Of a DNA stretch of 64,000 nucleotides, positions 36,345 through 48,723 are shown piece by piece; position 1 is the stretch's first letter, and each line of letters starts with the position of its first letter. The stretch is from assembly GCF_036365525.1 (NCBI RefSeq), contig NC_090378.1:24610457-24674456 (forward strand). Reading direction: 5' to 3'. Both the position numbers and the translations under genes were made by a program. The stretch comes from Heterodontus francisci. Taxonomy: Eukaryota. Under the pieces are notes generated by a model. That model was given only the letters and a program-made list of their open reading frames with translations, was not told the origin of the DNA and did not search any database.

Positions 36345-37665
36345 AAATAGACACTTGGATAATAATAATCTGATTGGGCATAGCCAACATGGATTTATGA
36401 ATGGGAAATCATGTTTGATGAACCTGTTGGAGTTTGTTTGAGGATGTTACTAACAGAATTGATAAAGGGGAGTCGGTGAATGTGACATACTTGGATTTTC
36501 AGAAGACTTTTGATAAAGTCCCCCGCAGGAGGTTGATTGGCAAAATTAAAGCACATGGGATAGGAGGTAATATACTGGTATGGATTAAGGATTGGTTAAC
36601 AGACAGAAAACAGAGTAGGAATAAATGGGTCATTCTCGCATTGGCAGACTGTGACTAGTGGGGAACCGCAGGGATCAGTGCTTGGGCCCCAGCTGTTCAC
36701 AATATATATCAATGATTTGGATGCGGGGACCAAATGTAATATTTCCAAGCTCGCGGATAACACAAAACTAGGTGGGAATGTGTGTTGTGAGGAAGATGCA
36801 AAGCAGCTTCAAGGGGAGTTGGACAGACCTAGTGAGTGAGCAAGAAAGTGGCAGATGGAATATAATGTGGGAAAAATGTGACGTTATCCACTTTGGTAGG
36901 AGGAACAGATGTGCAGAGTATTTCTTAAATGGTAAGAGATTAGAAAGCGTAGATGTACAAAGGGACCTGGGTGTCCTTATCAATAAGTCACTGAAAGCAA
37001 ACAAGCAGGTGCAGCAAGCAATTAAGAAGGCTAATGGTGTGGTAGCCTTTATCGCAAGAGGATTTGAGTACAGGAGTAGTGAAGTCTTGCTTCAATTGTG
37101 TAGAACCTTGGTTAGATAGCACTGGGGAGTTCTGTGTGCAGTTTTGGTCCCCTTAACTTAGGAATGATATTACTGCCATAGAGGGAGCACAACGAAGGTT
37201 CACCAGACTTGTTCCCGGGATGGCGGGACTGTCCTATGAAGAGAGATTGGGGAAACTGGGCCTGTATTCTCTAGAGTTTCAAAGAATGAGAGGTAATCTC
37301 ATTGAAACCTACAAAATACTTAAAGGGATAGACAGGGTAGATACAGGTAAGATGATTCCCCTGGTTGGGGAGTCTAGAACCAAGGGACACAATTTCAAAA
37401 TAAGGGGGAAGCCACTTAGGACAGAGAAAAGGAGAAATTTCTTTACTCAGAGGGTTGTAAATCTTTGGAATTCTCTACTCCAGAGGGCTGTGGAAGCTCA
37501 GTATTGAGTATGTTTAAAGCAGAGATTGACAGATTTCTAAATACAAATGACATAAGGGGATATGAGGATAGAGTGGGAAACAGACATTGAAGTGGATGAT
37601 CAGCCATGATCCTATTGAATGGCGAGGCAGGCTCGATGGGCTGAATGGCCCACTCCTATGTTCCT
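36345..37665 (+). mobile_element. CR1 3' fragment (~1.3 kb)
   Basis: YLDFQKTFDKVP, QGSVLGPQLFTIYIND and WNSL motifs across frameshifted ORFs. Confidence 0.92.
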
Positions 37666-39060
37666 ATACCCTAGATAGCAAATCTCTCAATGAAATGCAG
37701 TAGAGATTCAAGGGTGTAGATAGATATTGAAAGCTGAAGATTCATAAAAAAGGAAAGTGGGTTCAACATAAAGGGATATCGAATACAAAAACAATGAAGA
37801 GATGTACTGTACACATTCATCATTGGTTAGGCCACAGCTGCAGCAGTGATTATTGGAGCTTGGAAAGAGAACAGATTCACCAGACAAACACTAAAATATA
37901 GGTTATAATGAGACTTGAAAACTAGAACTGCATTAATTTAAAGGTTATTATAGGGTAAATAAACAGTGAAAAGTTTCCAGTCAGTACATTGGTAATGAGC
38001 ATAAATTTAGGATTAGTACTGGAGGAGGTGTCATGTATTTTTCACACAAATTACACAGACCATTCCATCCAACAGGTCTTTGCTAGTGTTTATGCTCCAC
38101 GAGTCTCCTCCCACCACCTCACCCTATCAGTGTACCCTCTGTTCCTTTCTCTCATGTTTATTTAGCTATCCCTTAAATGCGTCAATAGTTATTAAAATAT
38201 GAATACATCACAACTGGAGTAAGTGAAGAGTGACCAGGTTTGTTCCTTCCTCTAGGACTTGTTAAGAGTTTACAACATTTGCAAAGTTGGAAGGCTAGAC
38301 TGTGCTGCCTTTTTACTGAGGATGGAACAATCCAGTGGAAGGGACAAAGATGTGAGGGAGAAGGAGAGGAGAAGGAGAAAAGAAAGAGAAAAAGTTGCCA
38401 TCGTCAAATGCTTTAGGAGAGAATTTTAATTCCTCCACCTTGATAGAGATATGGCCAGGGAGGGAGTGCAGACGAATAAACCTGACCCCAACTTGTCATG
38501 AATGTGCTTACTTGTGGCTTAACTGAGATGGCTTTGAGGGCACTGAGAAACCTGCTCCGGAGAGATGGGTTAGTGATTTTAATATGCTAACGAGGCTGCA
38601 CTCCTCAGATTTGGCAGTCATTTCAATTTAACAGCTACAGGTCAGGTTTCCTGGGCTCAGGAAGCCTAGAGAGTAGGGAGCTGCCAGATCAAGCAGGTAA
38701 GGGCTTTTCCAGCATTGTTCAGAGTAGCAGGAGTGCTTACCTCCGGCACCCCAAGGAAACTGTTAGGACTTACCCCACTCCACCCCCACACATCCCCAAC
38801 TAAGATCTCTCCCTCAATTCCAGCAACCCCACTGATTCCTGATCTTCTTGATTGCCAGGGTCCGTCTCCAGCAGCTGCCTTGTACTGCAAGCTTTCCTGC
38901 CCGGCAGCCCCTCAATCTGGCCAGCTGTGGGGCGGGAAACAGAATAAAAAAAACTCTGAGGTCTTGCTGCTGAATTCAGCAGGACCTCTGCTTTCTGAGC
39001 CACTGACACAGGCCCCCACAACCTCCCCGTGAATATCTGGGCCTTATCCTGCAACATTAC

Positions 39061-39145
39061 CTGACACTTTCACTTCCTCTCTCTCCTCAGGGCTTATTGA
39101 GTCTACATCCTGAGTTATGGTACATTCCAACGTAGCAGGTGGCTC
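39061..39145 (-). CDS. GCLM: GCLM coding exon 3 (EPPATLECTITQDVDSISPEEREEVKVS)
   Basis: ttgcag| acceptor, |gtaatg donor, 85 nt; similar to human LECTVSHAVEKINPDEREEMKVS. Confidence 0.94.
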
Positions 39146-39505
39146 CTGCAACAAACCAAAAAAAGAAATAAATTTGGAGAGTAGACCCAGGAAACAACTA
39201 TTGCTGCTGAACAATGCTTTGTGCTGCCTGTAGTGGTTTGGCAAAAATTGATTAGTTTATCAAAGTCCTCATGATCTTTTCTTCTTGGAATGGGTGAAGG
39301 ATATGTATTACAGCCACCTACATTAGAAGCTAAATGCCTTCATCAATACTCACCTTTCCATTGAAAGTTAACAATGGCTTCCCCAGAGTAACTGGTAAAT
39401 GCAGACAAATGAGAGAGAGTCACACAACAGAAGGTCCAAAGTTCAACCTGGGGTCAAAGATTCCAGTTATTAAAATAAATCAGCACCAAGTTTCTGCAGC
39501 ATCAC

Positions 39506-40996
39506 GGGCTGGATTTTGTGTTGGTGGCGGGGCTCTCGGCGCCAGGCCGAAAAGGCAGGGAAAGTTCGTCTCTGCCTTTTTGTACACCCAAGAACGATCC
39601 TCCAGTAATTTTAAATTTAAGTTTCAGGAGCCGGGATCCCCGTCTCTTTAAAGATGAGGATCCCACCTCCAAGAGCTGCCAGCCAGAGGGCCAGCAGCTC
39701 AGTGTTATTTTTTAATTTGCTCATGGGATGTGGGCGTCGCTGGCTAGGCCAAAATTTATTGCCCGTCCCTAATTGCCCACAAGAAGGTGGTGGTGAGCTT
39801 CCTTCTTCAACTGCTGCATTCCATGCAGTGTAGTACACCCATAGTGCTGTCAGGAAGGGAGTTCCAAGATTTTGACCCAACGATAGTGAAGGAATGGCGA
39901 TATAGTGCCAAGTCAGGATGATGTGTGGCTTGGAAGGGAATTTGCAGGTGGTGGTGTTCCCATTCATCTGCTGCCCTTGTCCTTCTAGATGGTAGAGGTC
40001 ACAGGCTTGGAAGGTGCTGATAAAAGGAGCATTAGTGAATTGCTGCAGTGCATCTTGTAGATGGTACACACTGCTACCACTGTGTGTCAGTGGTGAAGGG
40101 AGTGAATGTTGAAGATGGTGGATGGGCTGCCAATCAAGTGGGCTGTTTTGTCCTGGATGGTATTGAGCTTCTTGAGTGTTGTTGGAGCTGCATCCATCCA
40201 GGCAAGTGGAGAGTATTCCATCACACTCCTGACTTGGGCCCTGTAGATAGCGGAGAGGCATTTGGGAGTCAAGAGGTGAGTTACTTGCTGCAGAATTCCC
40301 AGCTTCTGACCTGTTCTTGTAGCTACAGTATTTATAATGGCTGGTCCAGTTCGGTTTCTGGTCAATGGCAACCCCCAGGATGTTGAGTGGGTGATTCAGT
40401 GATGGTAATGCCATTGAACATTAAGGGGAGATGGTAAGATTCTCTCTTGTTTGAGACTGTCATTGTCTGGCACTCGCGCGGTGTGAATGTTACCTATCAT
40501 CCCAGGAGCGGTGGCCACTGCCAGTACTGCAGAGGCCTTGGACCCAGGTCCAGAGCTGGAACCCCAGACCTCAGGTAAGGTGAGGCTGTTGGGGACAGTC
40601 CGGAAGGCCCCAGTGATGGGGGATAGTCATGCAGTCCAGGTGGGAGGGGGGGTCCTGGGCGGGAGTGGGGGGGGGTAAAGTGGCTCCTGGCGAGGTTCCT
40701 CAGTGGACCACAGAAGGCCCATGGAGGAGGGACCCCACCCGCCCCAACCCTGCAGGGTGCATGCCTTGCATTATAAGGCACCCTCCCCATGAGGCAGAGG
40801 CACCTCCTGCTGATAGTAAGATCCCAGTGGCGTGGAAAGCTGCCCTTAATTGGCCTCTGGGTGAGAAGGCTGTTGTCGGCCTAGCCACCCCCTGGAGTAT
40901 TGCTTAGTGACAGTCCCTCTGCCCACCCCCCCAAATCACCATACTCCGTACCCCTGCCTCCGACCCCGCCTCAGGGGGCCACATAAAATCACGACC
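39506..40996. mobile_element. GC-rich MITE-like DNA element (Harbinger-like ends) with nested family A LINE (39709-40490, - strand)
   Basis: Ends gggctggattttgtg / cataaaatcacgacc are imperfect TIRs; nested ORF 40087..40371 is the LINE C-terminus; TSD not resolved. Confidence 0.55.
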
Positions 40997-41787
40997 TATC
41001 AGTGAACATTAAACTTTTAGCATTTTCACATCAAAATGGTGCTGAATACGGGATCAAGAAATTCAACATAATTTAAGAACTGCATGCAGCCTGTATTATA
41101 CATGAACTTTTACTCAATCTGCTGCTGTTGCTTTTATTTTTATATGAGCAGAACTTGGCCCCCATCACCATTCCAGCATACATGACATGAAATTAATGCT
41201 GCAGTATGAGTCGAAGCTGCAGCGCTGCATATGTATATAGAGATATGTTTAAATTCAACCAGTGCAATAGTCTGGGTTTCCCAACGATACCTTCTCAGGT
41301 TCAGTGACGTCAATCACTCCCATAAACATCTTCATATTTTACTTCTGTGGATTTGAGTCACATTTCTCTGTATTTGTTTGTACAAAAGCATAACCCAGGA
41401 AGAGACAAAGGTGGTGTCTCAATCCCTTGTCACCTGAACCAGATATATATGCCTCGCTGAACCAACTTGGTGAGGTAAGGCTCAATACAAATCCTGTTAC
41501 GCAGTGAATGAACATACAGAACAGTTATGGTCAGATTTACTTGGATCAGTACAACATATCTTTACATAATAGTACAAAAGAAGAAAACATTCTGGCACCC
41601 CATCCACCACCGGCACACCATGGCAGGGGTGTGTACCATCTACAAGAAGCACTGCAACAACCCACCAAGGTTTCTTCGACAGAACCTCCTGGACCTGTTA
41701 CCGCTACCACCCAGAAGAAGGACAAGGGTGGTAGGTGCACGGGAACACCATCATCTGCATGTTCACCATCCTGACTTGGAAACATAT

Positions 41788-42017
41788 CAAAAGCAAAATA
41801 CTGCAGATGCTGGAAATCTGAAGTAAAAACAGAAAATGCTGGAAATACTCAGCAGTGCTAGCAGCATCTGTGGGGAGTGTTAACATTTCAGGTCTCTGAC
41901 CTTTCATCAGACCACGTGAACCTTTCTGATGAAAAGTCACAGACCTGAAATGTAAACGGTTTCTCTCTCCATAGATGCTGCCAGACCTGCTGCATATTGC
42001 TACATTTTCTGTTTTTA
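41788..42017. mobile_element. Palindromic Penelope-derived element with two opposed hammerhead cores, inserted in a family A LINE tail (41590-42215)
   Basis: 12-bp TSD ttggaaacatat at 41776-41787 and 42018-42029; tcatcag at 41904-41910 and ctgatga at 41926-41932. Confidence 0.8.
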
Positions 42018-42733
42018 TTGGAAACATATTGCCATTCCTTCATTGTCATTGGGTTAAAATCCTGGAATACCCTCCCTAACAGCACTGTGGGTATACCTTC
42101 ATTAGATTGCAGCAGTTCAAGAAGGTAGCTCACCATTACCTTCTCTAGGGCAATTAGCATGGGCAATAAATAATGGCCTTGTTAGCAATGCCCATATCCC
42201 ACAATCGAACAAACAAAACTTCAGAGTGAGTTGTCATACTGAACATAAGCAAGAATATTTTCCAGCTATTTCTTATGCATTTCTAACCTTGAGCCCATCT
42301 AAAGCTTTTGAAGCTGCTCATTATACAACTACTTTCAACACCGTATAGCAAGTCAATGCAGAACCAAGCTAATCACAGGCCCATTTTGCAAAGTACATAT
42401 CACTTGCATTGACTGGTGCATCAAGCATGGCCAGCAAAAGTGGAAAAAAAGTGAAGAGAAATATGCTCAAAATCACCATAGCAATCCATCCATCAACTTT
42501 GTTTTTAACAGAGTATTACTCATTGAACATCATTCCTGCAACCAATTCACAAGTGTAGGTGTCAAAACACAAAAGGCATTAGTAGGGAAAATAATCCACA
42601 ACCACTGCATTATTTGGAAAATTAGAGAAGTAGATGCATTATTCACTGCATTAATGAGCCATGAAAACATGGCAGAACCCAGGAATCAATCACTGCTGCA
42701 TTCAGAGTTAGTTGACCTCAGGGCTAGAGTGGA

Positions 42734-43627
42734 GTTAGGACCAGGTGAGAAAGGTGTCTAGGATTCCCTTTCAGCCTTCACCTGGTCTTACTGTAACAGG
42801 GTTTGATTTTAAACACACCATGTTTTTAGCTCCCCCTTGCTGAATCCTTGTTCACCGCTTTCCAATTGTAAGGCCAAGAAATCAGCACAAATAGGCTTTC
42901 TTAGGTTTAAAGAAAAGTTGAAATTTATTAATCTTAAACTCTAGTTTGGTTAACGCCCACGGATACACACCACGCTCCACGCTAATATGCATACAGGATG
43001 CACACATACAAATAGAGACAGTAAAGAGAAGAAAAATAAAGTGGAAAAGCTTGAGGCAATATCTGAAGAGTTGTTACTTTGAGCTCCCTTTAGAGTCCCT
43101 GATTGTAGGTAGATCTTGCTTTTCGTTGGGGCCCAGTATTCTTCTTAAACCTTGTTCGCTATGGGAGACTTTTCTCTCTTGGGGTTCATGTGTCTTCAGT
43201 GGATTCAGAGGCTTGTGAGAAAGAGATGGGAGCAGACAGGAGAGTGATCTGCTCAGTCCAGGCACAAACAGGTTTCTGCCCAAACTGTTTGTACAAATTC
43301 AAAAAAACATCAGGTTGCCCAGCAGGTTAGTCATGTGACTAGCTGGTTTGACCATGTCTATTTGTGTATTCAGCCATCATAGCAGTCAACCTGAAATGCC
43401 AGTTTCCGCACCTTCAACTTCTGGTGATCAAAAGTCCATTGTGGGTTGACTATCAGGGAAAGGCTGCTTTGTCCTTCCAAACACCGTCTGCCAATATGCA
43501 AACGTCCCTTCCAGCCACAGCCGATCTGTTCAACAAGCCCTCCCCTCATTCCAGTAACAGTTTAAAATCAATGTTCATGACAAAATTAATGTGCCTCATT
43601 CTTGACAGGTGGGGGCCTAGCATGACA
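42734..43627 (-). mobile_element. Possible solo LTR (Gypsy/ERV-like)
   Basis: Minus strand begins TGTCATG, has AATAAA near the far end and a terminal hairpin gaccaggtga...tcacctggtc; TSD not found. Confidence 0.35.
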
Positions 43628-43879
43628 CTCCCTCTGTCGATTCAAGATGAGAATGAACAGCAAGATCAGGTTCTCTTGCAACATCAGGTACAAATGAACA
43701 ACATTTGTTTTCCAGCTCAGGGAGTCTGCACATAACCTAGGATCCAGATAACTCAGGTATATTTACAAGCATACTTTTACTCGCTGTTTGAATGTCACGG
43801 ACACAGTGTTTTGGATAGGGTTTATAGTGCTGATACTTTGTGGGGTACATTAATCCTACATCAGAAGACAAATATTTCT

Positions 43880-45152
43880 GACAAACTGGATTGGACAAAG
43901 TCAGCATGGATTTAACGAAAGGGAAATCATGCTTAACAAATCTACTGGAGGTTTTTTGGAGGATGTAACTAGTAGAAAAGATAAGGGAGAACCAGTGGAT
44001 GTGGTGTACTTGGATTTTCAGAAGGCTTTTGATAAGGTCCCACATAAGAGGTTAGTGTGCAAAATTAAAACACATGGGATTGGGGGTAATATACTGGCAC
44101 GGATTGAGAATTGGTTGACAGACAGGAAAGAAAGAGTAGGAATAAACAGGTCTTTTACCGGGTGGCAGGCAGTGACCAGTGGGGTACCGCAAGGATCAGT
44201 GCTTGGGCCCCAGCTATTCACAATATATATTAATGACTTGGGTGAGGGAACTAAATGTAACAAAGCTGGGGGTGGTGGGGGAAATGTGAGCTGTGAGGAG
44301 GATGCAAAGAGGCTCCAATGTGATGAGGGCAAGTTGGGCGAATAGGCAAATGCATGGATAAATGTTAGGTTATCCACTTTGGTTGTAAAAACAGAAAGGC
44401 AGATTATCTGGATGGTGATGGCTTGGGAAAGGGGGAGGGTGCAATGAGACCTGGGTGTCCTTGTATACTAGTTGCTGAAAGCAAGCATTCAGGTGCCGCA
44501 AGCAGTTAGGAAGGCAAATGGTATGTTGATCTCCACTGCCACAGGATTTGAGTACAGGAACAAAGATGACTTACTGCAGTTATGCAGGATCTTGGTGAGA
44601 CCACATCTGGAGTATTGTGTCTAGTTTTGGTCTCCTTATCTGAGGAAGGATGCTCTTGCCATGGAGCAAGTGCAAAGAAGATTTACTAGGCTGATTCCTG
44701 GGATGGCAGGATTGAGGTATGAGGAGAGATCAGGTCGACTAGGCCTATATTCACTAGAGTTTAGAAGAATGAGAGGGGATCTCATAGAAACCTATAAAAT
44801 TCTAACAGGACTAGACAGGCTGGATGCAGGGAGGATGTTCCCGATGGCTGGGGAGTCCAGAACCAGGGATCACAGTCTCAGGATACAGGGTACAGGCTAT
44901 GCCATTTAGAACCGAGATGAGGAGAAATTTTTTCACTCAGGTGGTGAACCTGTGGAATTCTCTACCGCAGAAGGCAGTGGAGGCCAAGTCATTAAATATA
45001 TTTAAGAAGGAGATAGATGTATTTCTTAATGCCAAAGGGATCAAGGGATATGGGGAGAAAGCTGACTGAATCAGCCATAATCTTTTTTGAATGGCGGAGC
45101 AGGCCAGAAGGGCCGAATGGCCTACTCCTGTTCCTATTTTCTATGTTTCTAT
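43880..45152 (+). mobile_element. CR1 3' fragment
   Basis: VDVVYLDFQKAFDKVPH and SGVPQGSVLGPQLF in ORF 43929..44345; ttctatg tail repeats. Confidence 0.92.
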
Positions 45153-46269
45153 GACAGCTTGCAACTTCACATGTATGCACATTAATGGAAATGCTGATTT
45201 ACTTGAGGCTACCGAAGTTCAACAGTTTGCACCTAAGCAGCCAGGAACACAAACAGCTTGGACAATCCTGCTCTGGCTCACTGTGAGCAATCAAGTAGGC
45301 AAATTACTGAAGAACTGCCAGCCCGAGGACAGAATATAGAGGAACATAACATTCGGTGTACGCTGTCATTTCATGAAATCAACTAACTTCATCACAAGTC
45401 ACCATGGTTACAGAGTCAACCAGGAGAGTTAATATGCACACACCCACAGCAGTTTACTATTGTACAGCTGGGTAAGAAAACACGTTCATTTATACTGCAT
45501 ATCACATCTCAGGCCTTCCCAAAGAACTTAGGACCAATGAACCGCAATCAGCAAGGCCACAAAAACAGTTAACAAAATAAAAAGTTTTCAGAGGTGTTTA
45601 TCAAGGGAGAAATCTTAACCAGAATACTAGAACACCCAAATTAAATTCAGATGATACCATGGGATTTGAAATGCCCACCTGAACCACTGGAACAGGTAGA
45701 CAGCATCTCCAACACAGCATTCTTAAGTCCTGCACTGGTGTCTGCCTAATTACGTACTTGAGTAATTGAGTAAAACTTGAACACATAACCTTCTAACTCA
45801 GAAGCAGCATAAATTAAAACTCCTGCTGCAAAAGTGAATACAAAATCATAACCTAAATTACAATAAGCCACTGACAAGCAAGGCTGATACATGGGCAATG
45901 TTCTGGAAACTACCTCAGCTAATCTGTTATAGGGTAGACCCAGGAATGGAGACTGGGGTAGCACAGTGGGTTAACCCTGAAATTGGTCTCCACAAGAAGC
46001 AGTGAAAATTAAAATATCACCTTGAAGGGAGATTCCCCTACCTGATTTGCTGTTATGTAGAGAGGAAAACTGAAAAAAGACATTAAGATTTTATTTCAGA
46101 TTTGTAAAGGGAAAGTAGAAACCTATTGTACATGTAGAGCTATCAGCAATGGGGCAGCAGACAGCTCAGGTGAGAAATGTAAACACACTAAGTGGAGGAA
46201 AAAACTTTCAGGTGGCACTGGCTCTAAAATGTACCATTAACAACAGTAATATTTACACATAAATAGAAG

Positions 46270-47075
46270 ACATACTTGTATTTATACAGCACCTTTCTCA
46301 ATCTCAGGACATCCCAAAGCACTGTACAGCCAATGAAACACTTTTTGAAACGTAGTCACAATTGGAAACACAGCAGCCAATTTGCACACAAGCTCCCACA
46401 AACAGCAATGACCCAATAAACTGTGTTTGCAAGGTTGATTGAGGAATAAATCTTGACCAGGTCAGTTGGAAGACCCCACCCCACCCAAGGTCTTCTTTGA
46501 AATAGTGCCACAGGATCTTTTACATCCATCTGAGTAAGAAGAGACAGCCTTGGTTTTGACATCTCATCTGAAAGACAGCACCTCCAACAGTGTAGCACTC
46601 CCTCCATATGGCACTGAAGTGTCAGCCTTAATTTTTGTACTCCATTACTGGAGTGGGAGTTGAACCCACAACCAGGGGCGGCACAGTGGCGCAGTGGTTA
46701 GTACCGCAGCCTCACAGCTCCAGCGACCTGGGTTCAATTCTGGGTACTGCCTGTGTGGAGTTTGCAAGTTCTCCCTGTGTCTGCGTGGGTTTCCTCCGGG
46801 TGCTCCGGTTTCCTCCCACAGCCAAAAGACTTGCAGGTTGACAGGTGAATTGGCCATTATAAATTGCCACTAGTATAGGTAGGTGGTAGGGGAATATAGG
46901 GACAGGTAAGGATGTGGTAGGAATATGGGATTAGTGCAGGATTAGTATAAATGGGTGGTTAATGGTCGGCACAGACTCGGTGGGCCGAAGGGCCTGTTTC
47001 AGTGCTGTATCTCTAAATGTAAATAAATGTAACCTTCTGACTCAGCCAGTGCTATCAAATGGGCCACAGCTGACA
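46270..47075 (-). mobile_element. Deu-SINE-like element interrupted by a V-SINE
   Basis: Reverse strand gatgagatgtcaaaaccaagg...gatgtaaaagatcctgtggcactatttcaaagaaga resembles the Deu domain; head resumes after 47030. Confidence 0.65.
46675..47030 (+). mobile_element. HE1-type V-SINE
   Basis: Near-identical to the 6807 copy; flanking aacc duplication. Confidence 0.9.
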
Positions 47076-47224
47076 TCTAAATAGCCACGTCTTCCACTAG
47101 TCTGTCGCACTAAAAATCTTGAGTATAACTGTACCCGGTAGGTATATGCACCTCTTGGTTGAATGCCCATAAGTGGAACTAATTGGATCGTCCAATCAAA
47201 ACAAGGGCCCGATGGGCCAAACGG

Positions 47225-47990
47225 CTTCCTTATGTGAATAAAGAAGCATATTATCTAAATGGTGAGACTGTGGAGCTGAGATGCAGAAGGCTCTGGGTGT
47301 CCTAGTGCATGAATCGCAAAAGGTTAGTATGCAGGTACAGCACATAATTAGGAAAGCTAATAGAATGTTATCGTTTATCGCGAGGGGAATTGAATACAAA
47401 AGTAAGGAGGTTATGCTTCAGCTATACAGGGCATTGGTGCGACCACATCTGGAGCACTATGTACAGTACTGGTCTCCTTGTTTAAGGTAGGATGTAAATG
47501 CATTGGAGGCAGTAGAGAAGGTTTACTAGACTAATACCTGGAATGGGTGGGCTGTCTTACAAGGAAAGGTTGGACAGGCTAGGCTTGTATCACTGGAATT
47601 TAGAAGAGTAAGAGGCAACTTGATTGAAACATAAGATCCTGAGGGGTCTTGACAGGGTTGATATGAAAGGAGGTTTCCTCTTATGATAGAATCTTAAACT
47701 TGGGGTCACTGTTTAAAAATAAGGGGTCAGCCATTTAAGACAGTGAGGAGAAATTTTCCCTCAGAGGGTCGTGAGTCTTTGGAATTCTCTTCCTCAAAAG
47801 GCAGTGGAAGAGTCTTTGAATATTTTTAAGGAAGAGGTAGATAGATTCTTGATAAGTAAGGAGGTGGAAGGTTATCAGGGGTAGGTGGAAATGTGGAGTA
47901 ATCAGTTTAGCCATGAACTTATTGAATGGCAGAACAGGCTCAAACCTGTCGAGTCGCCTACTCCTGATCCTAATTAGTATGTTCGTATGT
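47225..47990 (+). mobile_element. CR1 3' fragment
   Basis: LYRALVRPHLEHYVQYWSP translation. Confidence 0.88.
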
Positions 47991-48132
47991 GCTGGCTCAT
48001 TCTGAGAACGTGTTTTACTCCAAGTACCGACTCCCCTCAGAAGCAGCCACTAATGGCACTTTTACCGGCATTATATAAATGGGAGATGCTGTAAGCAAGC
48101 AGTACTGAATGTAAATACAAACACTTACTCAC

Positions 48133-48198
48133 CTTCAGCAGCTCGGGGCTAACCTGTGAGCACCATTTCTTCAGAGTCTCCCGAATACAGTCCTGTAA
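48133..48198 (-). CDS. GCLM: GCLM coding exon 2 (LQDCIRETLKKWCSQVSPELLK)
   Basis: ctctcgcag| acceptor, |gtgagt donor, 66 nt; similar to human LHDCIQKTLNEWSSQINPDLVR. Confidence 0.94.
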
Positions 48199-48306
48199 CT
48201 GCGAGAGAGAGAAAGAGATAGAGTGAGTGAAGGGCCAAGGCGAGTGGACAGGCCGAGGCCGTCAGGCCGGGAGAGGGGGGCAGCTGCTCCACCGCCTCCC
48301 ACTCAC

Positions 48307-48441
48307 CTCCTCGCTCGGTGATGTTGGGCACTTCTTCTTGAGCCGGTTCCAATTGACGATGTTGCCGGTGTGAATGGAGACGGCTGAGGCTTGAGCGAAT
48401 AGCTGCTTGCCGCCCTCCATCAGCATCTCACCTCCCGACAT
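48307..48441 (-). CDS. GCLM: GCLM coding exon 1 (MSGGEMLMEGGKQLFAQASAVSIHTGNIVNWNRLKKKCPTSPSEE)
   Basis: HTGN..NW.RL.KKCP...SEE matches the GCLM N-terminus; donor GAG|gtgagt; which of three in-frame ATGs is used is uncertain. Confidence 0.92.
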
Positions 48442-48720
48442 AGTGCTGCACCCGCTCTCAGCCTGGCGTCAACAGCCGCCCCGCCCCCAGAGCGTCATCA
48501 CCTGCGCTGCCCCGCCCCGAGACGCACGTCATCACCTGCCTTGCCCCGCCCCCTCCGTCTTAAACCCAATCCCCGAACCCCTGTGTCAAGGCTGTACATG
48601 TGTGCGTCACTAGCCCGCCAATGGCAGGACAAAATAGCCCCGCCTCCTGCTGCACTGACATCCACCTGGCTGCACATGGAGAAAGGTTACTGTGCAAGGT
48701 CCTCCTGCTATAGTATACCG
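48442..48720 (-). promoter_or_regulatory. GCLM CpG-island proximal promoter (3 GC boxes, CRE half-sites, CCAAT)
   Basis: gccccgcccc at ~48478, 48509 and 48543; cgtcatcacctg twice; ccaat at ~48566 and ~48618; CpG-rich. Confidence 0.7.
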
Positions 48721-48723
48721 AGG

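Noticed and set aside
25452-37665. Closely related CR1 copies in inverted orientation (25452-25968 and ~37170-37665) as a dsRNA pair
   Set aside because: One copy is probably beyond the GCLM poly(A) signal (AATAAA candidates at ~27352-27362); expected by chance at this CR1 density
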